This document shows positions 29,621-45,061 of a stretch of DNA of 64,000 bases, one piece after another. The stretch lies in assembly GCF_009914755.1 (NCBI RefSeq), contig NC_060928.1. One strand, 5' to 3'. Under the pieces are notes generated by a model. It was not told the DNA's origin and searched no databases. It saw only the letters and a list, made by a program, of their open reading frames with translations. Numbering within the stretch: the first letter of the stretch is position 1; each line of letters starts with the position of its first letter. The stretch comes from the human T2T-CHM13v2.0 reference genome, Homo sapiens. Both the position numbers and the translations under genes were made by a program.

Positions 29621-31519
29621 GTATTTGGTATATATATCTTATTATATTGAAAACTGAAGCTATTATTATCTTTCAAAAATAAACTCATTGTAATGAATCT
29701 GATGCCTTCCCAACATAACATACACAAATTGAATTTTAAAAATTGTTTTTATAAATGAGGCATTGACGCAATATTATTTTTGGAATAACAGAAATTATTG
29801 AGATACAATATAGCACGTCTGAAATTAGCAATAAGATTCAGTATATTTTCAAAAGATTTATCACAGGAGGAATCTAAGTAACTTTGAATATGTCCTCTTT
29901 TAGGAAACGTGAAAAATAAATGATATTTTAAATCAACTATATTGATGAGAATATCCATAAGGACCAATAATTTATGATATTTTCTTGCAATAATGAAGTA
30001 TTATTAATAAAGCATTTTAAAAGCTCATGTATTTATTTTTAGATTGTTTATATGGAATTCCATTGTGATGCTTTTTATGGTTTTCTGAAAATTTTTTTAA
30101 AGAGAAAAAAAGATTCTCTAGCATTTTTATATTACTCCTCATACACTAATCCTGTTAATGCATGCAATTAAATCAGAAACACCGGCTGTTGAAAGAAAAA
30201 GTATGCGTGCTTATTAAAGTTTGAGAGTCTTTCTTTGATTATAGTAACAATATTTTTATTACCTGTGTGTGTTTGCGGGTATATTTTTTAAAATTCTTAT
30301 TATTGAGAACATTCTTTAGAAAATGATGACTACTTTTTCTCACCATCCAGATATCTATCTCCCGTTGAATTGTAAATGCCATTATACTGTGGCATATTCA
30401 AATAGAATAAATGATTCTGCTATAAATAGACTATATTTTCAAATAGTTATTGCATTTGTAATGTGTTGCTCACATTCAAATATTGCTAACCCAACCGTCT
30501 AGATGCTTGATGATTATTAAAAAAAAAGTCCATAATATCAGGCTTGGAAAACATCACCATGTCATGAAAGATGAATCAAAATAACATTGATATTGCACAG
30601 CAGTACATAGTTTTAATGCTGTGCCATAATGAGAAACAAAACCATTCATAGAATCACATTTCATGCACTTCAAGAATGATTAGCTATGACAGTTTTATTA
30701 CATGAACCTTGACTGGCAAAATGGCTCTCCCTTAATAAGAGTTTGATCTCCTGCAATTTTACAATCATATATCACATAGGTAAATAGAATCTCACCATTT
30801 ATATGAGTATCCGACGACATTAATATATAGCAATATAAATTTGACTAGTATTTTAAAGTAGTAACAGTGAAAACAGGTTCATTTGCAATGCCAAATACAG
30901 CCTGAATAGTATATGTGTTACTTTTTATTGACGCACAAAGAAAATACAGGCTTAAGTAAGAAATTTAAGTGATGTACTTAAAAGACCTTTTAGTGAAACT
31001 GTCAAGAATCATAGAGACAAGAAAATTGTATTCTTCTATATATCATTAGCTGAACTTCAAAACAGAAAACGAGAAATCGTAAGTAACCATATGTTCAAAG
31101 TATGATTTATTCGTACAGTTTTTGATTGATAATATGTCTTACATCAGATATATTTGAAATGTAGATTCCTCCCAAAATAGTATTATCTCAGTATGTTTGC
31201 AGCTCTTGATAATCTAATGGGATAATGGGAGATAAATTCAGTGGGAGATACCCACTTAATTTTTTTTAAATGTCAGATAGTCACTTGAGGCAAATGAATC
31301 ATTATTTTATCTGCAATTTTAAAGTTGAGTAATAATTTCTTCAGAATTACTTTTTCTAAGATTTGACAATTCTTTTCATTAATATATTCAAGTTGTTGAA
31401 CTATTTTGAAGTATGTTTCAGCAAAGGTAAAATGAAAATATACAGACAAACTTTAAAATCAAGAGAACATCTGTTAGCATAAAGAGTAAGATTAGATAAC
31501 ATTAACTTAAAATAAAATT

Positions 31520-34500
31520 GTGGGGAACAGCCAAGATGGCTGACTAGACGGAGTCAGGAAGAACTTCTCTCACCAAGACAGACCAGACCATCAAGTAGAT
31601 TAGCACACTATAAACAGATCTTCAGAAAGAAGGAAGTCATTGAGTATGGACAGAGGGAGGACACAGATCCTGGGTTAAAAGGGGAAGGAACTGGGAACTC
31701 TTCATGGGGTGGCCAAGCATTAGGACTCATTCCTGGCCCTGAATGGCTCCTGGGGAAAGGGTGAGTGCGATAGGTGTGGAATGGCCTACTCTCACCATGG
31801 AGTTCTGGAATCCCAGCGGTGAGAGACTGTATACTGTCCATGGACATCTGAGCTGGCAGATAGAACTGCCTGGGGAATTGGCAGAGACAGAACTCCAGCC
31901 TGCATAGGGCGCAGAAGGTTTGGTGCAGGAACAGGCACAGTGGAGCACAGCCATGGTCACCCAACCCACAAGGCTCAACATACTCCACTAGGTGGCTTTA
32001 GCCTTTGTTATCTGCTGGACTAGACAGAGCGGGGTGGCCTTCCCCATGTGACAGGGCCAGTCTGATCTAAGCAGCCCTTTGTCAGCCTCTCCCAGGGTCT
32101 CAGCATGACTGCACCCACTTGCAGCACAGCCTCAGCTTGTCAGTGGTCACTGCCATAGCTTTCACCAGCCGACCCTGACTATCCACCAGAGTGCTTTTGC
32201 AGACAGACCTCTGCCAGCATACACCCACACACGGCAGTCCTCCACCAGTGCACACTTGCCTGCAGCCTTCCACCTGCCACTTTAGTGACTTATACGCATA
32301 CACAGAACACCTACCTGATGAACCTGTCACCATCCCACCAATGTACACGTGTGTGTATATCTACAGGTGTGCCCATATGCATGGACCGTCTGCCGTCACC
32401 TACCCAAATGTGCAAGGGCCCACTTCTACTCTACTGAAAAATTTTTCATGCAGCCCCCATTGGAGTGTGGTTGCCAGAAGATTGGGAACATCTTGGACCC
32501 TCCAGCACAGTACACACTTAACCTTGAGAGGTCAAAGAACAAAGCTGCAGGCCTGGGCCCAGCCCTCCAGTGTTAAAACATGCAGCCCAGGAGTGCTGAG
32601 CTAAACCTACACTGCCTGAAAGCAACCTGAAAGAAAACCAATAGACTAAACCCAACTTATTCCATAGCCAAACCCTCAAGGTCACCAAAGAACACAAAAG
32701 CAAAATTCCCTGAGAGACAACTTCAAAGATTAAGGAAATATCAGCCCACACAGATGAGAAAGAACCAGTGCAAGAACTCTGACAACTTTAAAAGCCAGAG
32801 TAACTTCATACCTCCAAAAACCTGCACTAACTCCCCAGCAATAGTTCTTAACCAAGTAAATGGCTGAAATCACAGACATAGAATTCAGAATCTGGATAGA
32901 AAGGAGGCTCATCAAGATACAGCAGAAGGTTAAAATCCAATCCAAGAAAAACTAAAATGGTGCATGTATTAAAAGATGACATAGCCATTTTAAGAAAATA
33001 ACAAATTGAGCTTCTGGTAATAAAAAATTCACTACAGGAATTTCAAAATGCAATAGAAAGCATTCATAATATAATTGACCAAGCTGAGAAAAGAATCTCA
33101 GAGCTCGAAGACTGCTCATTTAAATCAACACAGGCAGACAAAAATAAAGAAAAAGAATTTTTAAATATGAGCAAAACCTCAGAAATGTGAGAATATGTAA
33201 AGAGACCAAACCTACAACTTATTGGAATCCCTGAAAGAGATGAAGTGATGGAGCAACTTGAAAAACATATTTGAGGATTCTGTCCACAAAAATTTCCCCA
33301 ACCTTTCTAGAAAGGTCGACATGCAAATTCAGGAAACTCAGAGAACCACTGAGGGATGCTATGAAAAACAACCATCCCCAAGACTTACAGTCATCAGATT
33401 CTTCAAAGTCAAGCAAAAGAAAAAAATAAATAAATAAAGGCAGCTACAGGAAAGAGGCAGGTCACATAGAAAGATAACCCCATCAGGCTAACACCAGACC
33501 TTTCAGCACAGATTATACAAACCAGGAGGGATTGGGGCCCATATTCAGCACCATTAAAAAAAGAAATTCCAACCAAGAATTTAATATCCAGTCAATTGAG
33601 CTTCATAAACAAAAAATAAAACTTTTTTTCAGAGAAGTAAATGCTATGAGAATTTCTTACCACCAGACTGCCTTACAAAAAGTTCTTAAGGGAGTGCTAA
33701 ACATGGAAATGAAAGACCATAACCTGCCACCACCAAAAATACACTCAAGTACATAGTACATTGACTCTAAAAACAAGTGTACAATCAAGTGTACATAACA
33801 ACCAGTTAACAACATGAAGACAGGATTATATCCTTAAATATCTATATTAACCTCAATGTAAATGGTCTAAATACCCATTAAAAATCACAGTGGCAAGTTG
33901 GGTAAAGAAGCAAGACCAAACTGTAGGCTATGTTCAAGAGACCCATCTCATATAAAAAGATACTCATAGGATTAAAATAAATGAATGGAGACAGATATAT
34001 CAGGCACATGAAAAAAAAAAAGAAGTGGTTGCTAGTCTAATTTTAGGCAAAATAAACTTTAAAACAACAACTATCAAAAAGTACAAAGGAGGACATTACG
34101 TAATGATAAAGCATTCAATTCAAAAAGACTTAACTATCCTAAATATATATTCACCCAACACTGTAAATACCAGATTAATAAAACAAGTTCTTAGAGGTTT
34201 ACGAAGAGACTTAGATAACCACAAAATAATAGTGGGAAACTTCAACACCCAACTGACAGTGTTAGGCAGATCATCAAGGGAGAAAACTAACAAAGATATT
34301 CATGACCTAAAATCGACACTTTAAGAAATTGTTTGAAGTGCTCGTTCCCCGGTGCCATAAAGAAATGGCACTTCAACATAAATTTAATTTACTTAGCATG
34401 AATTTAATTTACTTCCTGCAGAAAGGGTACACTACCCACTAGTTTTGCCACGAGAGTACACCCAACAAAGAAGACAGGGTCATTTATAACCTGACGCGTC

Positions 34501-37500
34501 CACCCTACTGCTGTGTCTGGTTTCCATTGGCTGGAACAGGAACTCACATTCTGTATTTGTCCCGATTGGCTAGCAACTTAGAACTTTTTAAAAGAGGAGA
34601 ACAAAGGAAGTAGGAAGTAACTTATGGAATGCTGAGAAAGGTAAAAACATTTTTAAATAAGGAAGAGGAACAGGCTATAACCTAATGCTTGCTTGGACCA
34701 GTATAAGCATGTCAGGGCAAATATTTAGGCTAAAGTGTGGGAGCTAAGAACATAATGTACATTGATTTCTTTATTATGGCTAGCAGATATTTAAGAATGT
34801 TAGCACAGGTATTTGAATAAATTTTGCTTCTAAGAGAAGTTACTGTTTATTCCTAATTAGATGGGGAGGAAAGTCTTTGAAGAGGAACCTCTACTTTACT
34901 TTTTACAAAATGAACCTAACAGATATCTACATAATACTGCACCCCTAAAAATATACATTATTATTTGCACACCACACGTAATCTAAGATCAACCACGTAC
35001 TTGGCCATGAAGCAATTCTCAACAAATTATGAAAAACTGAAATTATTCCAGTTACACTCAGAGCACAGCAAAATAAAAATAGAAATCAACACTAAGAAGA
35101 TCTCTCAGAGCCATATATCTACATAGAAATTAAACAATCTGCTCCTGAATAACTTTTGGGTAAATAATAAAATTAGGGCAGAAATTAAAAAAAAAATCTT
35201 CGAAACTAGTGAAAACAAAGATACAACATACCAGAATCTCTAGGCCACAACTAAAGCAGTGTTAACAGGAAAGTTTATAGCAAAACATCTATATTAAGAA
35301 GTTGGTAAGCTCTCATATTAACAACGTCACATCTAGAGGAACATCTAGAGAAAAGTAGTAGCAAACCATCCAAAGCTAGTAGGCGGAAAGAAATATCAAA
35401 AATCACAGCTGAACCGAATGAAATTGATATGTTAAAAACCACATAAAAGATCAATGAAACCAAAAGTTTATTTTTTAAAATAATAAATAAGATTGATAGA
35501 TGGCTAGCTAGATAATGAAGAACAAAAGAGAGAAGTTCCAAATAAACATGAGCAGAAATGATATAGATAACATTACCCCAAAGAAATACAAAAAGAAACT
35601 CAGAGACTATTACAAATACCTATGTGCACAGAAACTAGAACACCTAGAAGAAATCGATAAATTCCTGGAAACATACAGCCTCCCCAGATTGAAATTGAAA
35701 AAAATAAATTGAAATCCTGTACAGACCAATAATAAAATCCAAAATTGAATCAGGAATACAAAACCTACCAACCAGAAAAAGCCCTAGCCAGACAGAATTG
35801 CAGCCAAACTCTACCAGACTTTCAAAACGAACTGGCACCAGTGCTACTAAAACTATTTTTTTTTCCATTGAGGAAGAAGGACTCCTCCCTAACTCATTCT
35901 ATGAGGCCAGCATTATTCTGATACCAAAATCTGGCAGAGACATAACAAAATAAGAAAACCTGAGGACAATAACCCCGATGAAGATATGTTCAAAATTGTC
36001 GACAAAACAGTAACAAACTGAATTCAGCAGCACATCAGAATTGGCCATAATAAAATAAGCTTCACAGGATATTGAACAGGTGGTTCAAGGTACACAAGTC
36101 AATAAATGCAATTTATCATATAAACAGAACTAAAACCAAAACTCACATGATCATCTCAATAGACGCAAAAAGGCTTTTCGTTAAATTCAGTATTGCTTCA
36201 TGTTAAAAAAAAAAAAAACTATACATAAAAGGAACATACCTCAAAATAATGAAAACCATGTTTGCCAACATCGTACTAAACAGGTGAAACCTGGAAGCAT
36301 TCCACCCGATACCGTAAACAAGACAAAGAGTCCGACTCTTACCATTCCTATTCAACACAGTACTGGAAGTCCTAGCCAGAGCAATTAGGCAAAATAAAGG
36401 AAAAAAGGCATCTAAATAGGAAGAGAGGAAGTCAAACTATCTCTCTTCATAGAGGATATGATTCTGTATCTGGAAAACTCCATAGTCTGGGCTCAAAGGC
36501 TCCTAGAATTAATAAACCACCTCAGCAAATTTTACAATACAAAACTAATGTACAATAATCAGTAACATTTCTACACACCAATAGTACTAAAGCTGAGAGC
36601 CAAAACAAAAATACAATCTCATTCACAATAGCAACAAAAATATAAATACCTGGGGCTATAGCTAATCGGAGAGGTAGATGATGTCTACAATAAGAATTAC
36701 AAAACACTGCTGAAGGCAATTAGAGATGACACCAAGAAACAAAAAAAAATTACATGCTCATGTATAAAAAGAATCAATATTGTTAAAATGGCCATACAGA
36801 CCAAAGCGATGTACAGACTCAATGTTATTCATGTCAAACTACCAATGACATGTTTTCACAGAATTAGAATAATAAAACTATTCTAAAATTTATGTAAAAC
36901 CAATAAAGATCCCAAACAGCCAAAGGAATCCTAAGCAAACAAATAAAGCTGGAAGCATCACATTACCTAACTTCAAACTCTACTACAAGGCAATAGTAAT
37001 CAAAACAGTATGGTACTAGTACAAAAACAGACACATAGATCAATGGAACAGAATAGGGAGCCCAGAAAAAAAGCCACACAAATACAATAATCTGATCTTT
37101 GGCAAAGTGGTCAATAACAAGGAATGAAGAAAAGGACTCCCCATTCAATAAACGGCACATGGATAACTGGCTAGCTACATGCAGAAGATTGAAACTGGGC
37201 ATCCTTCTTGCACTATACACAAAATTCAACTTGATTTGGTGAATTAAATACTTAAATGTAAAGATGGATTAAAGACTGAAATGTAAAACCCAGACTGTAA
37301 AAACTCTGGAAGACAAGATAGGGTAATACCATTCCAGACACAGGAACCGGGAAAGATTTCATGACAAAGATGCCAAAAGCAATTGCAACAAAAGCAATGA
37401 TTAACAAATCTGATCTAATTAAACTAAAGAGCTTCTGCAAAGCAAAAGAAACTATCAATGAAGTGAATGAACAACCTACAGAATGGGAGAAAATATTTGC

Positions 37501-38398
37501 AAACTATGCATCTGACAAAGGTCTAGTATCCAGCTCCTAGCAGGAACTTAAACAATTGAATAAGCATATAACAAACGACTGCATTAAAAATGGGAAAATA
37601 ACGTTAATAGACATGTAAAAGATGATACACATGCATATGAAAAAAGCTCAGTGTCACTAATCATTAGAGAGATGCAAATCAAAACCACAATGAATTAACA
37701 ATCTCACACCAGTCAAAATGGCTATTGTTAAAAAGTCACCATATAACAGATGTTGGCAAGTTGTAGAGAACAGGGGACACTTATACACTATTGGTGGTGG
37801 TGTAAATTGGTTCAGTCACAGTTGGAGATTTCCCAATGAATTTACAACAGAACTATCGTTTGGCCCAGCAATACCGTTACTATGTATATGCCCGAAGGAA
37901 TATAAGTCATTCTACCAAAGAGACACATGTACTCATGTTCACTGCAGCACTATTCACAATAGCAAAGTTATGAAATCAACCTAGAAGCTCATCAACAGTG
38001 GACTGGTTAAAGAAAATATGGTACATATAATGCCATGGAGTACTATGCAGCCATAAAAAAGAATAAAATTATGTCCTTTGCATCAACATGGATGGAGCTG
38101 GAGGCCATTATCATGTGTAAATTAACATAGGAACAGAAAACCAAATACTGTGTGTTCTCACTTATAAGTGGGAGCAAAGCACTAAGTACACATGGATACT
38201 AAGAGAGGAACAATAGACACTGGAGCCTGCTTGAGGGTGGAGGTTTGAAGGAGGTGAGGGTCAGAAAACTACCTATTCGTTACTATGTTCACAACATGGG
38301 TAATAAAATCATTTGTACACCAACCCCAACAACAAGCAATTTACTCATGTAACAAACCTGCACATGCACCCCCTGAACCTAAAAGTTGAATAAAATAA
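31520..38398 (+). mobile_element. Full-length inactive old primate L1 (L1PA15/16-like)
   Basis: 5' CCAAGATGGCTGACTAG, GC-richer 5'UTR to ~32700, ORF1 ~32750-33750, ORF2 remnants (KGGHYVMIK..IQKDLTILNIYSPN, IVGNFNT), 3'UTR; TSD TAAAATAAAATT (31508-31519, 38399-38410). Confidence 0.92.
34330..34907 (-). mobile_element. LTR10C (ERV1) solo LTR inserted in the L1 endonuclease region
   Basis: Minus strand begins TGTAAAAAGTAAAGTAGAGGTTCCTCTTCAAAGAC; 4-bp TSD AAAT (34326-34329, 34908-34911); L1 sequence resumes on both sides. Confidence 0.88.
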
Positions 38399-39261
38399 TA
38401 AAATAAAATTCTTATAATTTTAAAACTAATGCAATCATTAATACATTCCAGAATGTCTTTCAATTTGTGCATGTATGTGGGCAAAAAACCAACACAAAAT
38501 ACAAATACAAAAAGTGTCATATATCACATAAAATTCTCATCACTTATATGAATATCAATGACATTAAATATACAGCGAAATAAATTTGACCAGTATTTTA
38601 TTGCAATCACACTGAGTAGTCAATTTTTAATGCCGAATAAGAAATTTTTTGTTACCAAATAATAATACCTTCAAAATCATAATGATCTTTTGTCTAAAAT
38701 TGAAGAATAATAACAGTATATGGTATAAAATTGTTTAAGAATGTATGTAGTATGCTAAATAAAGAGTAGAAATTTTTAAAATTTTTTCAGTTGTAAATTG
38801 GTAAAATATGATTCACAAAAATGCTTTCACTCTTGCTGAAATATTTATTTCAATTCCACGGAAGATACTGATGTATCTCTTTTGTTATGCTCAACTGTGG
38901 GAAGGGAGTTCATAATTTAGTTTCTTTGTCTCCAGTGGGCACATTTGTTAGGATTTCCTCCATAACCAGGGCATCAACGCTACCAGGTTTTATTAACCTG
39001 GTAGTGTTAATCTCAATCTTGAAAGCCACATATACTATGAAAAAGCTGGTGATATTGCTGCCCAATAATAAAAGGGCTTATTGGACCTTCCTGACTAAAG
39101 TTCCTAGAAGGTTCTTAGAATGTCCACTTGTGTATATAGCTTTCATAAAATGTAACCATGTCTGTTACCAAAAAATGTTACCATGTTACCAAAAAATGAA
39201 TTCATGAATAATTTGGCAAATTACCCTATTTCTCCATCTAAAATGTTGACAAGGCTCATAA

Positions 39262-39581
<320 letters not shown>

Positions 39582-40574
39582 CTCATAATTGTTTTTTAAC
39601 CCAACAAACTAGAGGGAGAATCTTAGGTACTTTTTGAGGTAGCAGTAGAGGAAATTTTATTTTTTTAAAGTATTCTGCCACTTTTTTCATTGGGTGCATT
39701 TATCATTTTTCTGGCTTTTTTTGTTAAGAGTTCAGGGAATTCCACAGCCTTGTCCAGGGGACTGCTTCCAAATTGCTCAGAGAACACTCATTATTTTCTA
39801 CTATATGTGATAAATCCTCCTGCTCTGCTATCTTTGTCCTGAGTTAGTTACTATCCTTGAACCTTTCAAAGTTTAGCATTATTTGTATCCCCCAGCATTT
39901 TGGCAAAGATTTATATGCATTCCAACTGTCACAATAAATTATATACCCTTTCTTGTGGCTGAAACTACAATTGTCCTGCTAATTTCATTGTTTCTTACCT
40001 TGCTTTGTTCCCCATGGTTCTTTCTGGGAACTGCTTAGACAAGTAGTCTGATAGATAATAAACATCACTAAAACTTTGTATGGTGTTTTCAACTAATAGA
40101 TAACACGAAAGTCATGGGCAAAATGATTTTGCTTTTTTTGTTCAGAAATGTTTATGACACAGAGTCAGTGTACAAATTATGCTTCAGCTGTTAATCATTC
40201 ATTGACTCTTTCAATTTATATATTACTATTTTTAGAACAATCTCAAAGGAGAATATTTCGTTAGCAATTTTAAGCCATATTTTCACTCTTCCTCTATATT
40301 CATATTAGCTGTTGTTTTTATTAATAATTTAGTAGTTTTTTTACACTGCCATATGACCTTAGACAGGGATTTCAGTTATTGTAACCAATTGTGAACTATG
40401 TTCAGATTTACTGTGTTATTATTCATTACATAATTTCTAAAACGAACTTTGTAGTTTTCTATTTGAAAATAAGGATTAATAAATAACCTTTCTCAAGTAA
40501 AATAACTGGGTACTACTGGGACTTCTGCCTGAAGAAATTAATGAGATTTTTTCAGGAAAATAGAGGGAATGGAG

Positions 40575-40835
40575 GTTAGTGGTCATAGTACAGGGTACAG
40601 AGTCACACTGCCTGAGATTAAATTCCATCTTTGTCACTTATTAGCTGCGTGACCTGGGGCAAGTTATATAATATTTCTTTAAAGATTTTTATCTGAAAGA
40701 TAAAAATTATAATTGTACCTAAATGATCATAGTATTGTCACAATTATTTTAAAACTGTGCTACAATAGAAATATTTTAGGTCCGTGGCACATAATAAATT
40801 TTGAAAAAAGTTAATTGTTTTTATTATTAGTATTA
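40575..40835 (+). mobile_element. MIR
   Basis: GAGTCACACTGCCTGAG..CACTTATTAGCTGCGTGACCTGGGGCAAGTTA..TGGCACATAATAAAT. Confidence 0.8.
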
Positions 40836-42177
40836 TAAATGTTAATGCAAAGTAGAGTAGGACATGTAGTGATGTTATAAGACATTGTATTTGACAACAA
40901 GTGCTACACATTGTGATTAACTATAATATTTAAATTATATAGAAAAAATGAGAGTACAGATTGAAGGAGTGAGGAAAATTTTCTTAGCCCAAAGGCATAT
41001 ATATCTTGATAATTAAGTGGAGGGTTTTAAACAGAGAAAGATGATTCTTACTGGTATAAAAAAAGATGTGAACAAACATGGAGAAAGGTATAGGAATACT
41101 TTGCATAAGAGACAATTTAAACTTAAAGAAAAATGTTTTAAAGGTAGTTCAAATGGTCAAGAAACCAAGAAATACCGATGCTATAACATTGGTAGAAAAT
41201 AAGAAATTTAACAAATAGAAATTCATTTGAAGAGGAAATATGGATGTTAAGTATGAGAAGACAATTTTTTGGAGATAAACTTTGTAGGTTTTAGAAATAG
41301 ATTCTCCAAAAAAAAAGTAGATTTCACCAGGCGAAGAATGCCAGTGAAAGCTAAGAGAGTTGTTTCTGAGGGATAATATTTGATAAGCACAGGAGGCTAA
41401 TAATTTCTCAGAGACATTTAGATTTGAGAAAAGAAGGAAAAGCAATAACAAAATAAATTTCACAAGCAGAAAGTTTTTTTCATATCTTTACCTTTTCATT
41501 ATTATCTCCAGTTATCTTAAATGCAAATAATTTTTATCAATTTGACTAATATGTTACTAGTCCACACAAAATCAGTGAGTAGAAAAATTCCAGTAATATC
41601 ATCCTAATTTCATAAGGGTGTTATTTCTGATGGTTCCCTCTATTTAATCTTTAGTTATCCTAAACAATTTTGATAATATAGAAAGAAATGTGATCTAGAA
41701 ACCCTAAAAAGTATTTACTACTTAAAAATTGCCAAAACATGTAATAAAACTTTTATCTCAAGTAAGGATCCATGATATTTATGATGAATTATCCAGAAAG
41801 AAAACTATTAATCATGTGCTTAGTAATATGCTAATCTAAACTAAAATATCACATAGTTCATACTGTACATTTTGTATGAGCTTTGAAGTAAGCTTTGAAA
41901 ATATGTTTTGATATAATTTTGAAAATATTTAATAAAGGGCATGATTTGCTGCTGCATGAAAATTGAACCTCATTCAATATTTTCACACACTATTTTTTTC
42001 ACCCAACTTCAAGCCTGTGATTTTAATTGTAATTGTGGTGTTTACCCACATTGAATAATCACAGAAGTGGTCATCCATTATAACTGATGGATGGCTGTAG
42101 AAACTGTATATGCTATTTGGAGTGCCATTTAGGGCATCTTATCTTGTGAAAACAAAGCACTTTTAACTACAAACCTA

Positions 42178-42400
42178 GTAATAATAATACATAATTATTT
42201 TTACATTAATTATATTGTAATTTACATTGTAAATTATAAATTCAATTCAATAATAAAATACAATTACCTTATCATTATAATTAATTAAATTATAATTATA
42301 ACTAAATTGTAAAACAATCACAATTACAATTAATTACATTTAATCAAAACCAAATAATTATAATAAACAATTAAATAATAAATAATTAGAAATAATTTTA
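42178..42400. repeat. AT-rich low-complexity tract
   Basis: Almost all A/T, with AATT/TAAT repeats. Confidence 0.75.
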
Positions 42401-44896
42401 CAAACAGTTTTTATACAAAATGCTACCTTTACACATGTTCATACAGTGGTATTTCCGAATCTCTGTTAGAGATTTCCTGGCTTACAATAATTCGTGCTGC
42501 AGTTCCTATAGAACATATTAAGCAGACCTTCGCTTTATCAATTTTTCAAAGTATTTACATAAATATATATTTTATTTTATTAATGCAAAATATCACATTC
42601 ATCTGCTTTTCTGTGGAAACCCAGACTATAGGAATTTTTCACTTTTCTTTGCAGGCAGAAACATTTTTCTCATTCCTGCTCCAGCTAGCCACTTTATAAA
42701 ATCAACTGTTCTGTCCCGTCATGCTTATTGAAGTTCGTTTCTACTTACATCTATATCTAGATAAGATACTGCCCAATTTATGAGTAGCTAATAACCACCA
42801 ATTATGTCCTTAAGTGTAATTTGCTATGATTTTATTTTTCAACATGTTCTAATAAAGTCATATTTTATCCCAAGAGAAAAGTGGGTTACTTGTTGAATTG
42901 GGTGACGATAGAAATAGAGTGGTATTACTCTGCTAGAATAAATAATAGAGACACACAGTAGTTTTTAAAATATCTTTAAAATGTTAAAAAATATTTACAC
43001 AGTTTTGGTCAGAGTGTCACTGGGACTAATAATTCTTTATTTTTCAGCTAGGTTTTTAAAATAATGTACAATTCCTCTATGGAATACTTGTGAGCAGATG
43101 AACATGAATAGAGCATGATATAAAGGTACATTAGCGTGAAAATTTCTTAAGCTCTCTAGAAGAGACTTGAAGATGCAAACAAGAACAATAATTACAAGTG
43201 TTAAGAAACAAATAGATCAAGATAAAGAAAGACCAACTGAGGATTTGCAGCTGGGGACATTTCATGCATTTTAGCTGCATTAAATGAGAAAAGCATAAGA
43301 AATGAGTGAAATTATTTGTTTGTATGTGTATGCATAGATCTAATTTGTAGTTTTATATGCTTCTGTTTTCATGAAAAACATTCCTCTCTCCTTGCCTTAG
43401 CAGCTAACACATGAAGAGTGGTTTTCTCTCTTTCTATTTCTTCACCAGTCTGATTACTGTGGCATTACTAGAGTAAACTAAGAGATTATTCTTATAACAA
43501 AGCAGAACTTAAAAATTACAAACCTTGGAAGAACATTAAGATTGTCACTGTAAAGAAAAGACATATTACAGTAAAAAAAGTTCTAAAATAAAACAAAGAA
43601 AAATGTAAAGCTGATAAGTCTGAGAAAACGTAGGAAGACAAAATATCAGGATTAATCAAAACGAGAACAAAAGATAGAGATAAAAGACATATAACAAGAA
43701 TTCTGCCTTCAGGAAATAATGTCTTCTGATAACATATTTTTTTTTTCTTCCCAAGATTAAATTCCCATTCCAGGGCCTGAAAACAAACAATGTCAGAAAT
43801 GTCATAAAAATTAATTTGGTGTCAAAAAGTAAAGTTTTTTAAAACCTGACAAATGTGGCTTTGTAAGTATATGATTAATCTCTTTGGTATATATTTATGT
43901 ACTTTAATAAGTATCCAATGTTATCTAGTTTTAAAATATGCTAAAAATATAAGATCCTAAGGCAATTAAGAGAGAAGTTCTTTTTACTAATGTCCATATG
44001 TTTACAGATTTTTCAGGATTAGCAATGTTTTTCAATGTCTTTCAAAAATTGGCAAATACATTCTTTTAAATACTTTATATAATGTAATGCAGCAAAAAGT
44101 GTTTTTGTGTGTCTTCAATTTGTAAAACCTAAAGATCAATAAAATTTTGAAATACACTATGATATATGGGAAAATGCTGAAATATTATTTTTATATTTTA
44201 GATGATTGAAATAATATTAAAATAAAGATAATTTTGAAAAAGTGAAAAAAGTCACTATTTAAGTAAAGCTGTTAAAGATTAGTACTTACAAAGGAAAATA
44301 AAATAATAGCTATCAATAATTCTTGCCCTGATATAACTATTGAAACTAACTATACTATTGTCATATTGTCAGCTATCTACTTTTGCAACAGGACATTTCT
44401 AGGATTTTTTGTAAGCTGCTTACTTAACTTCAGTTTCCTAAGTATTAGAAGCAGGCTCTAAATCACATAAATAGAAAACGCGTTCCTTTAAAAGTTTAAG
44501 ATTTCAAGTAATTGTTATGTCTATTAGTTGACATAAATTATTATAAAAATAATACTTTTTTGTCAGGGTGACTGCACATTCTTTTACACATAAACTCGAC
44601 TTTGATTCATGTACCCATTTTCCAACAATAGAAATAAGACTTTGTTATTATTGTTTTACATACAATCTTCTTGTTACACCTTTCTACTTTATATTAAAAA
44701 GTCATTTTCAAATGTCTTCCTACTTACTACTGTAATCTAAACTGTCTGGAGACACTTTATTAGATAGAATTGGTCTAAGTCAGTGTAATGCCACAAAGGT
44801 GGCAATTCAATTACTAGCTTAATGAGATCCATGTTTTATGCTGATAGAAATAACTATTAAAATAAATTTATTTTAAGTAGAAATACACCAAAAATA

Positions 44897-45061
44897 CTTA
44901 TATATACTATATACACTATATATATACTATACATACACACTATATGTATACAGTATATAGTAGATATATATATATCTACTATACTATAGTATAGTATATA
45001 GTATATAGTAGATACATATATATATATGTATATAGTAGATACATATATATATATATAGTAG

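Noticed and set aside
31608-32751. GC-rich ORF cluster
   Set aside because: 5'UTR of the full-length L1; translations show no recognisable domain. The same applies to 55125-56816.
34685-34725. p53 response element in LTR10C
   Set aside because: Half-sites AAGCATGTCA and GGGCAAATAT deviate from RRRCWWGYYY, including the core G; not supportable despite the LTR10 family association.
38887-39207. 106-aa ORF in non-repeat sequence
   Set aside because: No recognisable domain or splice context; its C-terminal repeat comes from a small DNA duplication.
42633-42653. Strong-looking splice acceptor TTTTTCACTTTTCTTTGCAG (similar one near 47644)
   Set aside because: No convincing ORF or matching donor; such motifs are common by chance in T-rich DNA. 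A host gene or lncRNA cannot be excluded without transcript data.
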